Assembly (NCBI RefSeq): GCF_036971445.1 | Contig: NC_091470.1 | Span: forward strand, 80,786,001-80,850,000 | Direction of reading: 5' to 3' | DNA length: 64,000 nucleotides | Source of the DNA: Narcine bancroftii | Taxonomy: Eukaryota | In this document: positions 1 through 20,080 of the stretch, one piece after another | Layout: the number at the start of each line of letters is the position of its first letter | Numbering within the stretch: position 1 is the first letter of the stretch | Made by a program: the position numbers and the translations under genes | The notes under the pieces: generated by a model | Seen by the model: the letters and a program-made list of their open reading frames with translations, nothing else | What the model was told of the DNA's origin: nothing | The model's database searches: none

Positions 1-209
1 TAGAGCTGCAAAGCTTGTAAAAATATTCAAGGTCATTACATTTTTCCTTATTCTTTCTTGCAATTTAAAGTAAATTTAGCAGTTTCAAGCTTTGTGATTT
101 TCATTTTTTTCTACAAAACATCTGTTTCTAAAAATTGAATTTTTTTGGGGGGGGGCACAAGTAGTTGGTCCTGCCGAGGGCACAAAATAATCTGGCACTG
201 GCCCTGACT

Positions 210-660
210 ACAGTGAAGATGTGGATGCTTCAGGGAGGGTGCAGAGGAGACTTATAATTAGACAGGATTAGACAGCATGTCTAATGAGGATAAGTTGAAT
301 GAAGTTGGTCTTTTCTCCTTAGAAGGACTGAGGATGAGGGGTGACCTGATAGAGGTGTACAAGTTGATGAGAGGCATTTTCCCAGGGTTGAAATAGCTAA
401 CACAAGGGACTATCATTTTAAGGTGTTTGGGAGTAAGTACGGGGGGGGGGGGGGATGTAAGAATAGTGGGTGCATGGATTTCATGCTGGCAATGCTGGTG
501 GAGGCAGGTACAATAGAATATTTTAAGCGAATAGATAGGTACATGGAACTGAGCAAAATTGGAAGGTTAATCAGTAGGGGAATTGAAGGCAGTTGGGATG
601 TCAGCACAATACTGTGGGCCAAAGAGCCTGTACTGTGCTGTAGATTTCTGTTCTGTGTTG
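210..660 (+). mobile_element. CR1-type LINE 3' fragment, degenerate
   Basis: Encodes RMRGDLIEVYKLMRG, the CR1 ORF2 C-terminus, followed by a CR1-like 3' tail. Confidence 0.7.
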
Positions 661-1214
661 TTATTGCCTTTCCAAGGACGACAAGGTTTCATAAGAAATT
701 AATTCACCACGATATAGTTTCTCAACTAGAGCCTGGTTACCTGTCCAGATCCTTTCTGACCAGAAGCTCACTTTGACTCAGCAGGTGACAACACTGGACA
801 CTTAATCAGCAAAGGCCGAAGAGCTTGTCCCAAGGTAGGAAAGTGATTTTTCGAGCCACGCTGTCAGAGGCAAGGTTGACGCTGAGCGAGGTAGCAGAAG
901 GTTACCCAGGCTCGATGCATGTTACTTGAGAAAATTTGCCTCCATTTTCTGGTCAGGCAGTGACATCCGTCTCCAAGAGCGGCCAGAGCCTGGGTGGGCT
1001 TGGACTGCTCTTAGCAGCCGTAGATAGGCAGCCTGGCTCAGTGTCAATGTCCAAATGAGATATTCCGTTGAGTTAGGCATGGAAAAATAATATAAGCACC
1101 CAAGCAGAACCATTTCCAAATGTAGGAGCACTGATAAGTTTGTCTTTCTTATTTGTCCCCACTTGGTTGATCAATCACTTCCTTGATCTGCAAGGAGGCA
1201 ACTGACTGGTTTGT

Positions 1215-1865
1215 TGGTTAAAGTTAAATTGTCTTATTTTTATTATAAATCCTCTATGTGACGAATGTAAAATTGGTGATGCTTCTTTGGTTCACATGTT
1301 CTGGACTTGTCAGAGTTTATAAAAATTTTAGAAAGATATCTTTCAAACATATTGGTAATTTTTAAGTTCAAATTAGAACCTTGCCCTTTAATTGCTCATT
1401 TCAAGATTGTTTCAAGATGATGATGTTTTACTGATTCCAACTCAACACCAAATTTTATTTTTTACTTCATTGATGGCCGGACATGCAATTTTGATGAAAT
1501 GGAAAGATAATACCCCACCTACACAATGGTTAAATGATATTATGTCTTGTTTAAGTTGATAAAAAAAATTAGATAGGCCTTTGAAGAGTCAAATATTAAG
1601 TTTCAAAAGATGTGGGGCCCATTTATGGACTATTATCATAACCTAAAGAATTAGATTTGTTCTGAAGCTTTGGTGCTGTGCATCTCCAGGTTGTTGTCAC
1701 TTGATTCATACATGTCAGCTTTTATCCTTGCTTAATGGTAGGAGTTTTGAATTATGGTTTTTTTTTTAATTTTTTTTATTATCTTTTGAATTGTAAATTA
1801 CAATATACAACTGTACTGTTCAATTTTGCATAAACATCAATGAAATTATTTTAAAAGAAAATAAG
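1215..1865 (+). mobile_element. L1-clade LINE 3' fragment, degenerate
   Basis: NPLCDECKIGDASLVHMFWTC (L1 ORF2 C-terminal cysteine motif), then T-rich 3' UTR and A-rich end. Confidence 0.7.
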
Positions 1866-2209
1866 AGTTTGGTTTGTTGACTGCCTCGTCAGGTTGTTAT
1901 TGTTAGTGGATGTAATCCTGGCATTAGCGTGTGTATAATATAGTACACACTGTATCAATAGCATTTTAATGGTACAACAACTTCACACAAGCTTTTGGTT
2001 CAAAGAGTGATTACATTTTCAGTCGTGGCTGTTAGCTGGAGGTGGGAACACTGGCTCCTGTGGGGTAAGGAACCTTTGAGAAACCCATGACATTGACGAA
2101 AGCAGCAAAGCATTATTTTTTTAAACAATTCTAAATGAGCAACAAGGACTGTTACCACATAAACGTCTTCAATAAGCAGAGACCAATCTTCCAACGGGCT
2201 CATTGAATT

Positions 2210-10152
<7,943 letters not shown>

Positions 10153-12499
10153 CTTCCCAAAAATTACCCTGAGACTTCCCTGATTTTTGGTTGTTCTTTG
10201 CTGGTCATCCTGACCAGATGTCTTTTCTTGGTCTGAATCATTTGAGGTTTCACCTATCCGAGCCTGTCTGGTTGAAAGAGAAGGAATTCAAGAACTCTCA
10301 CCTAGAACAAAATGTTTACATAGAAAAATAATTGTTCTTGCTTTTGAAATATTCATCCAGTCCATTATAGCATTGCATGGATAGATCCTGAACTCTAATT
10401 CAAATGTTGCATGTTTCTAACATTTTGTTCTGAATTTTTTCAAGGCCATTGCAATAATACAACAGACAGATATGGCAAAGCATTTTTTGATTTGTAGATA
10501 ATTGCTCTTATAATGCAACATATCTGTTCCTCCAGAACTTCTTTATTGACTGTGCATCTTTAATGATCTATGTGCAATCAAAAACTGGATGCTTTATTTC
10601 AAAATGAAGGAAGGGTTCAAGAGAGGCAAAGATTGAACAGATAGCAGCAAGAGAGGAATCACAGACCACAAAGGGCAGGGCTAAGAATCCAAAGATTCAG
10701 AGTCCTGTTATCAAAGCAAACTTTGCGACAGCACAAGGAATCAAAACTACAATCAGAGTGTCCAAGGAAAGACTAGGTGGTCATTTGGCTGGATTTTACT
10801 CTAAACAGGAGAAAGGCAGGAGAATAAACACAGAGCAAAGAACAGAGGCATTTGCAAGAGTCAAAAGGTTCTTCAAGGTTCATCCGAGAAAATGAGAAGA
10901 TCCTGGAGGAGAGAGGGTTGAGGAAAATCGGAGAGGAGGGTTTGAGGGGTGGATTATTCTGAAGAGTGAGTTCCAGGGGCTTGGTGTCTGAGGGTAAGTT
11001 GAGAGCCTCCTGGTAGAGAATGGGAAATTCCAAAAGAGGCAAATGGACAACAGATGGATGAAAGTTTCAGCATGAAACTTAGGCAGTGCAAACTCTAACA
11101 CACTCTTAAGTATGTCTGTGCCCAATAACCAAACTGCGATTAGGATTCCATACAAATATCTGCAGAACCTGCAGCTTGTACTACACATGACTGCACTGAC
11201 TGCTATTCTGCATTTTACAACTCAACTATTAAGACCATGATCCTTCGACATACTTTATTATTCTTTAGTGGAGACTTTAGCAGATTCTTCCCTTGAAGCA
11301 TGCAATACAAGAGTCCCAGCCCCAAATGCTGGTCTTGAATATGGCCGGTTGTTTTGCAACAGGAAATTTATATGCTTTGGGCCAGTATATTTGCTATTGA
11401 AGCTAATGGATTGTCCATGCCAGTTTGTGATGCGATGTGAGAGGTTTATTTTTGAAGATCGTGAAATATGCATTTAATAACTTTGAACTCACGCAAGTCA
11501 AGTGAATTGCATGCAGTTCAAGAACCTGGCAAGGTTGGCAGTCACAACACAATATATTGTATATGTCTGGTTAATCCTTTTAGGACAGGTTTTCTCTGCA
11601 TGAATCATTCATGCAAAAGTCTGCTGTCCAATAGCTATATTCAAATAATACTTTCAAAGTTTTCATTTTCACAATAATCTTTATGATTTGAATGGGCTTT
11701 CAAATTAAATGAACCTATGAATCTAGCTCCTCCTGACACACTGAGAAGAATACAAACCAGATTCTTTTAAAATTTCATGCTCATTTTATTTTTGCTGTCA
11801 GGGATGGTGTTTATTCTTCTTTGCCCATTTCCTCCCTTTTTCAAATGCTTGAAAAGTTTTTGTCTCCAATTTTCATCTTAAATTCATTGCTTTGAAGGGA
11901 TTAAGATGATATGAATATGGTTGGAAGCAACTGTTCACAAGAACCTCAAAGCAACTATCTCACCTGCAATACAGCTACATTTAGGTTAGTTTTATTGTTC
12001 ATGACTCAGGACAAGGTCTTGGTGGGCATTTTTTGGTTCCTGAAAAGAGTTCTCTCTACTGAGGCATGGATACACAAAAGGCATGGTAGAATCTAGGCCC
12101 TATTCAATTTGAAGTGATATTGATTGTTTGTGATAGGAACAAGAGGAGGATTCACAGTGACAATCAATGGAGAAATTTGTACAACTCACAGCAAAGTGCT
12201 AATCACCACAGGTGTGGCACAGTGCTCATGGGCATGTTAGAGTCTATAAATATATTGGGCACCAATGTGACTTGGCTAGAATGCGATCTGTATCAAGTTA
12301 TGTTGTGGCCGATGTACCTTTACTCACTTACAGTGAGAAAGAGAGAACTCAACTGACCAGTTCCATACCAGATCCCAGCAAACCAATCCCATTTCTCCTT
12401 TTTTTCCCTACCCCCTTACAACTTGTACTCGTATCCATCACCTCTACTTTTATTCTTTTGCTGTTGGCCAGTTAAACTAGCAGCATAATGGAGGTGAAC

Positions 12500-13672
12500 A
12501 AGGAGTCTGGCAGATGCCAGAATACTGGAACAATGCACAAAGTGCTGGAGAAACTCAGCAGGTCACGCAGCATCCATGGAAAAGAATAGGCAGTCAACAT
12601 TTCAGGCCTGAGCCCTTCATCTGGAATGCCAAGGATTGAGCGAAGACCTGGATAAGATGGTGGAAGGGAGAGGGGAAGGGCTGATGTGTGATAGGTGAAT
12701 GCTGGTGGGAAGGAAATGATATGGTAGGAGATGGGGAGGGAAGAGAGCTGCAAAAGATGCTGTAATAGGAGGAAGGAAGGGAAGGGAGTGGGGAGATGGA
12801 GAAAGGAAGATGTGGGTGACAGACAGGGTAAGAAGAAGGTAAGGAAAGGAGACAGAGGGATGAGGGAAAGTGAGGGGGAATGGGGAGATCTGGAGATATG
12901 GGGAGGGGGTTACTGGAAATTATAAGTTGATAATTATTCCATCTGGCTGGAGACCGCCAAAATAGAATATAAGGCGATGTTCCTCCAATTTACATGTGGC
13001 CTCAGCCTGGCAGTACATGAGGTCAAGGACAGACATGTTAGTGTGGGAATTGGATGTGGAATTCAAGTGGCTGGCCGCTGGGAGGTATTTGCTGTTGCCC
13101 AATTAGCATCCAGTCTCCCTGATGTACAAAAGGCAACATTAGGAGCACAGCATGCAATAAATAACCACTACAGATTTGGAGGTGAAGCGTTACCTCACAT
13201 AAAGGACTGTTTGGGACCCTAAATGGTATGAGGAAGGAGGTGTAGATGCAAGTATGGCATTACCTACAGTCAAAGGGGTAAGTACAAGGATGAGATTTGT
13301 GGGAAGGGATGAGTGTATAAAGGAGTCATGCAGAAAATGACCAATGTGGAAAGGGATAGGAAGATGTGCCTGTGGTGGGATCACATTGTAGGTAATGGAA
13401 ATTGCAGAGAATGATATGTTGGAAGCAACGGCTGGTGGAGTGAAAGATGAGAATAAAGGGAACCCTATCATTGTTATGTCAGAAAGACAGGAGCCAGGGC
13501 AGATATGTGGGAGATAGAGGAGATGTAGGTGAAGGCTGAGTTAATGACAGTAGAGTAGAAGAAGAACATCTTGGATATCCTGGAATGGAAAACCTCAACC
13601 TGGAAGTAGATGTGGCAGAGATGGAGGAATTGAGAGAAAGGAATTGAGAGAAAGGAATAGAATGCTTACAGA
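12500..13672 (-). mobile_element. Penelope-like element (GIY-YIG end and terminal repeat), degenerate
   Basis: SHLNSTSNSHTNMSV..CKLEEHRLIFYFGGLQPDGI is typical of the PLE endonuclease C-terminus; hammerhead-like terminal motif at 12591-12630. Confidence 0.75.
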
Positions 13673-13820
13673 ANNNNNNNNNNNNNNNNNNNNNNNNNNN
13701 NNNNNNNNNNNNNNNNNNNNNNNNNNNNNNNNNNNNNNNNNNNNNNNNNNNNNNNNNNNNNNNNNNNNNNNNNNNNNNNNNNNNNNNNNNNNNNNNNNNN
13801 NNNNNNNNNNNNNNNNNNNN

Positions 13821-16299
13821 GCCCCCAGCCCCCCAGCCCCCAGNNNNNNNNNNNNNNNNNNNNNNNNNNNNNNNNNNNNNNNNNNNNNNNNNNNNNNNNN
13901 NNNNNNNNNNNNNNNNNNNNNNNNNNNNNNNNNNNNNNNNNNNNNNNNNNNNNNNNNNNNNNNNNNNNNNNNNNNNNNNNNNNNNNNNNNNNNNNNNNNN
14001 NNNNNNNNNNNNNNNNNNNNNNNNNNNNNNNNNNNNNNNNNNNNNNNNNNNNNNNNNNNNNNNNNNNNNNNNNNNNNNNCCAGCCCCCCAGCCCCCAGCC
14101 CCCCAGCCCCTAGCCCCCCAGCCCCTAGCCCCCCAGCCCCTAGCCCCCCAGCCCCNNNNNNNNNNNNNNNNNNNNNNNNNNNNNNNNNNNNNNNNNNNNN
14201 NNNNNNNNNNNNNNNNNNNNNNNNNNNNNNNNNNNNNNNNNNNNNNNNNNNNNNNNNNNNNNNNNNNNNNNNNNNNNNNNNNNNNNNNNNNNNNNNNNNN
14301 NNNNNNNNNNNNNNNNNNNNNNCCAGCCCCCCAGCCCCCAGNNNNNNNNNNNNNNNNNNNNNNNNNNNNNNNNNNNNNNNNNNNNNNNNNNNNNNNNNNN
14401 NNNNNNNNNNNNNNNNNNNNNNNNNNNNNNNNNNNNNNNNNNNNNNNNNNNNNNNNNNNNNNNNNNNNNNNNNNNNNNNNNNNNNNNNNNNNNNNNNNNN
14501 NNNNNNNNNNNNNNNNNNNNNNNNNNNCCAGCCCCCCAGCCCCCAGCCCCCAGCCCCCCAGCCCCCAGCCCCCCAGCNNNNNNNNNNNNNNNNNNNNNNN
14601 NNNNNNNNNNNNNNNNNNNNNNNNNNNNNNNNNNNNNNNNNNNNNNNNNNNNNNNNNNNNNNNNNNNNNNNNNNNNNNNNNNNNNNNNNNNNNNNNNNNN
14701 NNNNNNNNCCCGCCCCCCAGCCCCTAGCCCCCCAGCCCCTAGCCCCCCAGCCCCTAGCCCCCCAGCCCCTAGCCCCCCAGCCCCTAGCCCCCCAGCCCCT
14801 AGCCCCCCAGCCCCTAAGCCCCTAGCCCCCCAGCCCCTAGCCCCCCAGCCCCTAGCCCCCCAGCCCCTAGCCCCCCAGCCCCTAGCCCCCCAGCCCCTAG
14901 CCCCCCAGCCCCTAGCCCCCCAGCCCCTAGCCCCCCAGCCCCTAGCCCCCCAGCCCCCCAGCCCCTAGCCCCCCAGCCCCTAGCCCCCCAGCCCCTAGCC
15001 CCCCAGCCCCCCAGCCCCCAGCCCCCCAGCCCCCAGCCCCCCAGCCCCCCAGCCCCCAGCCCCCAGCCCCCAGCCCCCCGCCCCCCAGCCCCCCGCCCCC
15101 CAGCCCCCCGCCCCCCAGCCCCCCGCCCCCCAGCCCCCGCCCCCCAGCCCCCCGCCCCCCAGCCCCCCGCCCCCCAGCCCCCCAGCCCCCAGCCCCCCAG
15201 CCCCCCAGCCCCCCGCCCCCCAGCCCCCCAGCCCCCCAGCCCCTAGCCCCCCAGCCCCTAGCCCCCCAGCCCCTAGCCCCCCAGCCCCTAGCCCCCCAGC
15301 CCCTAGCCCCCCTGCCCCTAGCCCCCCAGCCCCTAGCCCCCCAGCCCCTAGCCCCCCAGCCCCTAGCCCCCCAGCCCCTAGCCCCCCAGCCCCTAGCCCC
15401 CCAGCCCCTAGCCCCCCAGCCCCTAGCCCCCCAGCCCCTAGCCCCCCAGCCCCTAGCCCCCCAGCCCCTAGCCCCCCAGCCCCTAGCCCCCCAGCCCCTA
15501 GCCCCCCAGCCCCTAGCCCCCCAGCCCCTAGCCCCCCAGCCCCTAGCCCCCCAGCCCCTAGCCCCCCAGCCCCTAGCCCCCCAGCCCCTAGCCCCCCAGC
15601 CCCTAGCCCCCCAGCCCCTAGCCCCCAGCCCCTAGCCCCCCCAGTCCCTAGCCCCCCAGCCCCTAGCCCCCCAGCCCCTAGCCCCCAGCCCCTAGCCCCC
15701 CAGCCCCTAGCCCCCCAGCCCCTAGCCCCCCAGCCCCTAGCCCCCCCAGCCCTAGCCCCCCCAGCCCCTAGCCCCCCCAGCCCCTAGCCCCCCAGCCCCT
15801 AGCCCCCCAGCCCCTAGCCCCCCAGCCCCTAGCCCCCCAGCCCCTAGCCCCCCAGCCCCTAGCCCCCCAGCCCCTAGCCCCCCAGCCCCTAGCCCCCCAG
15901 CCCCTAGCCCCCCAGCCCCTAGCCCCCCAGCCCCTAGCCCCCCAGCCCCTAGCCCCCCAGCCCCTATCCCCCAGCCCCTAGCCCCCCAGCCCCTAGCCCC
16001 CCAGCCCCTAGCCCCCCAGCCCCTAGCCCCCCAGCCCCTAGCCCCCCTAACCCCTTGCCCCCCTAACCCCTTGCCCCCCTAACCCCTTGCCCCCCTAACC
16101 CCTTCCCCCCTAACCCCTTCCCCCTCACCCCTTCCCCCCTCACCCCTTGCCCCTCACCCCTTGCCCCCTAACCCCTTGCCCCCTAACCCCTTGCCCCATA
16201 ACCCCTTGCCCCCTAACCCCTTGCCCCCTAGCCCCTAGACCCTAGCCCCTAGACCCCTAGCCCCTAGACCCCTAGCCCCTAACCCCCTAACCCTAACCC
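13821..16299. repeat. C-rich satellite, unit GCCCCCCAGCCCCTA (15 bp), gapped, ending in CCCTAA-like variants
   Basis: Directly visible tandem array interleaved with N gaps. Confidence 0.97.
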
Positions 16300-16399
16300 A
16301 ATTTTATTTATTTTAAACAGGTATCAACATTTATTTCTTTGCGATATCGAAAGTCGGTAATCATGGAATTGTTAAATTTAAAAGGATTTCTGAAGCAAA

Positions 16400-16830
16400 C
16401 CGGTGTCTGGTAACTGTGGGAGTCAGTAGATTCATAAAATATGTCTGTAGATAGTTCATCTCCTGAAATTGAGATTGATAAAAAGGAGAGAATTACCAGA
16501 GTAGGGCCAAGTGAATTTGAGGGCAAGGTTAATGTTGACAGCAAAGTTGATGAGCTCATCATGGTTGAGGAGGCATCGCCAATGTAGTCATCAATATAGT
16601 TGAAAATGAGCTGAGGATGCTCGCCTGTGTTGGCTTGCATCATGGATTGCTCCACATAGCCCGTGAAAAGATAAGCATTGCTGGCATTCACGAGGACCAA
16701 TTGCTACACCTTTGACTTGGAGAAAGTAGGATCAGCAGAAGGAGATGCAGAATAAGTAATGCTGGAGGAGGACTGGTTTGTGTTTTTTTAATTCAGGAAG
16801 AAACAAAGAGCCTTAAGGTCTTAAACTATC
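16400..16830 (-). mobile_element. Penelope-like RT fragment, likely continuation of 12500-13672
   Basis: AYLFTGYVEQSM..IFNYIDDYIG RT catalytic motif. Confidence 0.7.
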
Positions 16831-16869
16831 CATATAAATCTTATTAATCTACCTTACTGACTTCAACAG

Positions 16870-17040
16870 TTACCTTGACCATACCCTTCCAATCCCCTCC
16901 ACTGTAAGGATTCTATTCCCTTCTCTCAATTCCTCTGATTCTGCCATATCTGCTCCCAAGGTGAAGTTTTCCATTCCAGGACATGCAAGATGTCCTCCTT
17001 CCTTAGAAAATGTGGCTTCCCCTCTATTGCCGTTAATCCT
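16870..17040 (+). mobile_element. Penelope-like fragment in inverted orientation
   Basis: Reverse-complement similar to 13560-13672 (ttctattcccttctctcaattcctc). Confidence 0.6.
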
Positions 17041-19597
17041 CCTGGGTGGTGGAAGTATACAAGGACTGAACAATCCTAAATTAGCAGCATATCTGCAGGA
17101 TGAGGGGAAAAGTTGGTGTACCCATGGGAAACTCACACAGTCATGGGGTGAATATCCAAATGCCACACAGTCAGCCCAGGGTCACGTTCAAACATGGAGC
17201 TGCAGGGCTGCAGCGCAACTAGGGTGCTGCTGTGTAACCTTCTCATTCTGCCAAACAGAAAGATTTATCTAAAATACTGCAGCTGGAAGGCTTTAGGAAA
17301 TGATATATGGGGGATAGGCAAAAATGTGATTCTGCCACAGAATAATATATGAAGTGACAAGCTAAAGGCAACTGACAAAATAGGCCATAGCTACACTCAA
17401 CAGGTGCCGGACATATTCATAGACACAAATGGCTTCTATTTTTACCCATTGACTGTGAAATTTTGCTGATCTGTATTCCCTTAAAAAATTAAAAGTATTT
17501 TCTAGATTGTTTTGATTCTGTAACTAAAAACCAAGCACAAGGTACTTGACATTATTACAAGTTGAAGTACCAAATTTTAAATTGTTATTGGATTGTTATT
17601 CAATAAATTGCTACAAATTTCCCAGAGCTGTAACTGCTATCTAATTTGGAATGTGAAGAATCAAGTTACCATTCTTGTCATACACAAAAAATTCCCTTTG
17701 TTTGCTCTATAAAGGCACACAAGAGGTGCCAATAGTCCAGCATTCATGTCAAGCAAGATAGAGCATCCCTACAGAGACAGAGTGTCCATGGATCCCACCA
17801 CATCCTCCAATGTCACTGCCTTTTGTGCCTCCTTAACCCCCATGGCCACACATCCTCCTTTCCAGTCTAGTAGTACATCAGAGTTCAAGTCACATTTCCT
17901 TGGTCCCGGGTTGCAAACTCCCAGAGAGATGAGGAAGTCGTCAGGTCCTTAGGCTCTTCAGAATCATCATGAATTCCAGCCCTGATACCTAGTTCCCAGA
18001 AGGTGGCCACCAGCAGCCCACAGCCTGGTGCAAGGCTTTTGGCTGCCAAGCTCCACATTGGAGCCCATTCCATTCCAAGGCTTTCCTACTCTGTGGGGTC
18101 CTCTCCCAAGCTTTTCTTTCTCAGCGGGATAGTGGTGTTCTCTCACTCTGATGCCCCAAGCCAGTCCACTGCTTCTTTGGAGCCCACAACTCTCAAAGAT
18201 GGGGTGTCAAGCATGGGTGCCACCATCTTGGATTCAAACTCCATGGATTTTTAAGTTCACAAAATATTATCTAATGTGTTAATTTGCCTAGTCATTAAAG
18301 CAAAAGAGACATTGATGCTTCTTCTCTAAAAAAATTGTCAAAATGATATTCCAGCTGATACTGTGCCAAGTTAATTTTCCAACATGCACAAAGATGATCT
18401 ATTAGTGTCTGAACGCCATCCACACTTTATATGGGCGTGTCTCAAACATTTCACTCCTGCAGTGTTCTTTAATAGCCTAGGACACAGACAACTGTGTGCA
18501 ATAAACCAATTGTTTTATATCATTAATACAGACAAAGGGCCATTCTCTGAATATATGCACACTTATCTAATCCCTCCCTGATGCCAACTGAAGCAGAATT
18601 GGAAAGATCAATGCACCATCTGTTCATCTGAAATGGCAATGAGGAGCTTTAATTGCTTGGACTCAAATGTTTGAGATAATTCCAAGCTCAGGTTTCAATT
18701 CTTCCTGGAGCTCAGAGATGAGGGGTCCATCTGGTTGAATTTTCTCAAGAGTGAAGAATTAATGAAGAGGAATGTTCATCTGAAAGTGGAGCAGGAAGCT
18801 GGGGTGTTCATGATCAGAGGAGGGGTTATTGAGCATGGGGATGGACTTGCAGGGCAAGATGTAGAGTGATGGGATAGGTGTATTAGGATTCGGGAGTAGG
18901 GGTAGTAACATGTGTTGTGATGAGATGGAATGTGGGGGGGGGGCGGGGGGTGGGCGGTCCTAAGAGGTAATGGGATGGGTAATGTGATGTGGTAGAGGGT
19001 GAGAGGAGGATGAACATCTTACCTGATGCTTATTGCAGCAGAGCCAATATCACTGTGTCCCTTTGAATCACTGAGATAAGGAGCAAAATCATAGGTTATG
19101 AAAAGGTTTAAAATCTCTCTTCCCATGTGACAGTTATAACATTCTTGTCTAATAAAGCGGATTTTTACTGCGGCAGTGGGTAAATATTTTTGACAGCATG
19201 GCTAGCAATATTCCAGTGAATAGCACAGGTGTGTTTTGAACCAAAAGGTTGTGCTCAGTTTGAGATCAGAGTTAAAGGGCCACTCAGCAAGTGGAAATTT
19301 GCTGCCTGCGTCACTGTTCTTGGTTAGATTAATGGCTGTTTTTGTGGGGCAAACGACACCGATTTAACTTGAGGTATCACACCGGAGCCTCCTCCGTCAA
19401 CATGCAAAGATATTTCAGTTTGTCTGATATGAAGAGGACACTTCATCCTTCTCTTCATCAGACCCAACTCCTTGCGCAGCAGAGACCGATGTTGGAGCGC
19501 AATTGGTAAATTAACAATTGAAGATATTGGGATATTTTCCATTATTTGTTTCCAAAAGTCAGATTATTCTTGTCAGAGGTGTGGAGTGGGATGGGAG

Positions 19598-19705
19598 AAG
19601 GGGGCAGGATCTCAGCCCAGCCAAGGGGGCAGGATCTCAGCCCAGCCAAGGGGGCAGGATCTCAGCCCAGCCAAGGGGGCAGGATCTCAGCCCAGCCAAG
19701 GGGGC
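19598..19705. repeat. Perfect 25-bp minisatellite, 4.3 copies
   Basis: (AAGGGGGCAGGATCTCAGCCCAGCC)x4 plus AAGGGGGC. Confidence 0.95.
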
Positions 19706-19849
19706 TCTAGATCCAGGCCACGCCAGAGGATTGGTAAACCACTCCAGGAACAGGCAATGTTTTGTGGTGGACCTCAGTTCTGGGTTCCTCCCCTTCGGAT
19801 GTGATTCATAATGGACTCGGTAGAATTTATCATGGCTGTGCAAAAGGAG

Positions 19850-20080
19850 TCAGGGAAAGGAGAGGAGACAAAGGGGAAAGAAGGGGTGAGGGCGGGTGAT
19901 GGGGGGGGGGGTAACTAAACCCAGCGTGTCGATATTAATGCTATCTGGATGGAGGTTGCCCAGTCGGAAGATGAGGTGTTGTTCCTCCAATTTGCGTGTG
20001 GTCTCAGTTAGGCAGTGCATGAGACCATGGACAGACATGTCGGCAACGGGATGGGGTGAGGAATTGATATGGATGACCAA
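19850..20080 (-). mobile_element. Penelope-like GIY-YIG 3' fragment
   Basis: HINSSPHPVADMSVHGLMHC..RKLEEQHLIFRLGNLHPDSINID. Confidence 0.75.

Noticed and set aside
13644-14825. 393-aa proline-rich ORF
   Set aside because: Translation of satellite and N gaps, not a gene. The ORFs across the gaps at 4245-4698 and 32107-32292 are rejected for the same reason.
19598-19705. Regular direct repeats as a CRISPR-like array (also 28752-28973)
   Set aside because: No unique spacers and a vertebrate context; these are plain tandem repeats.
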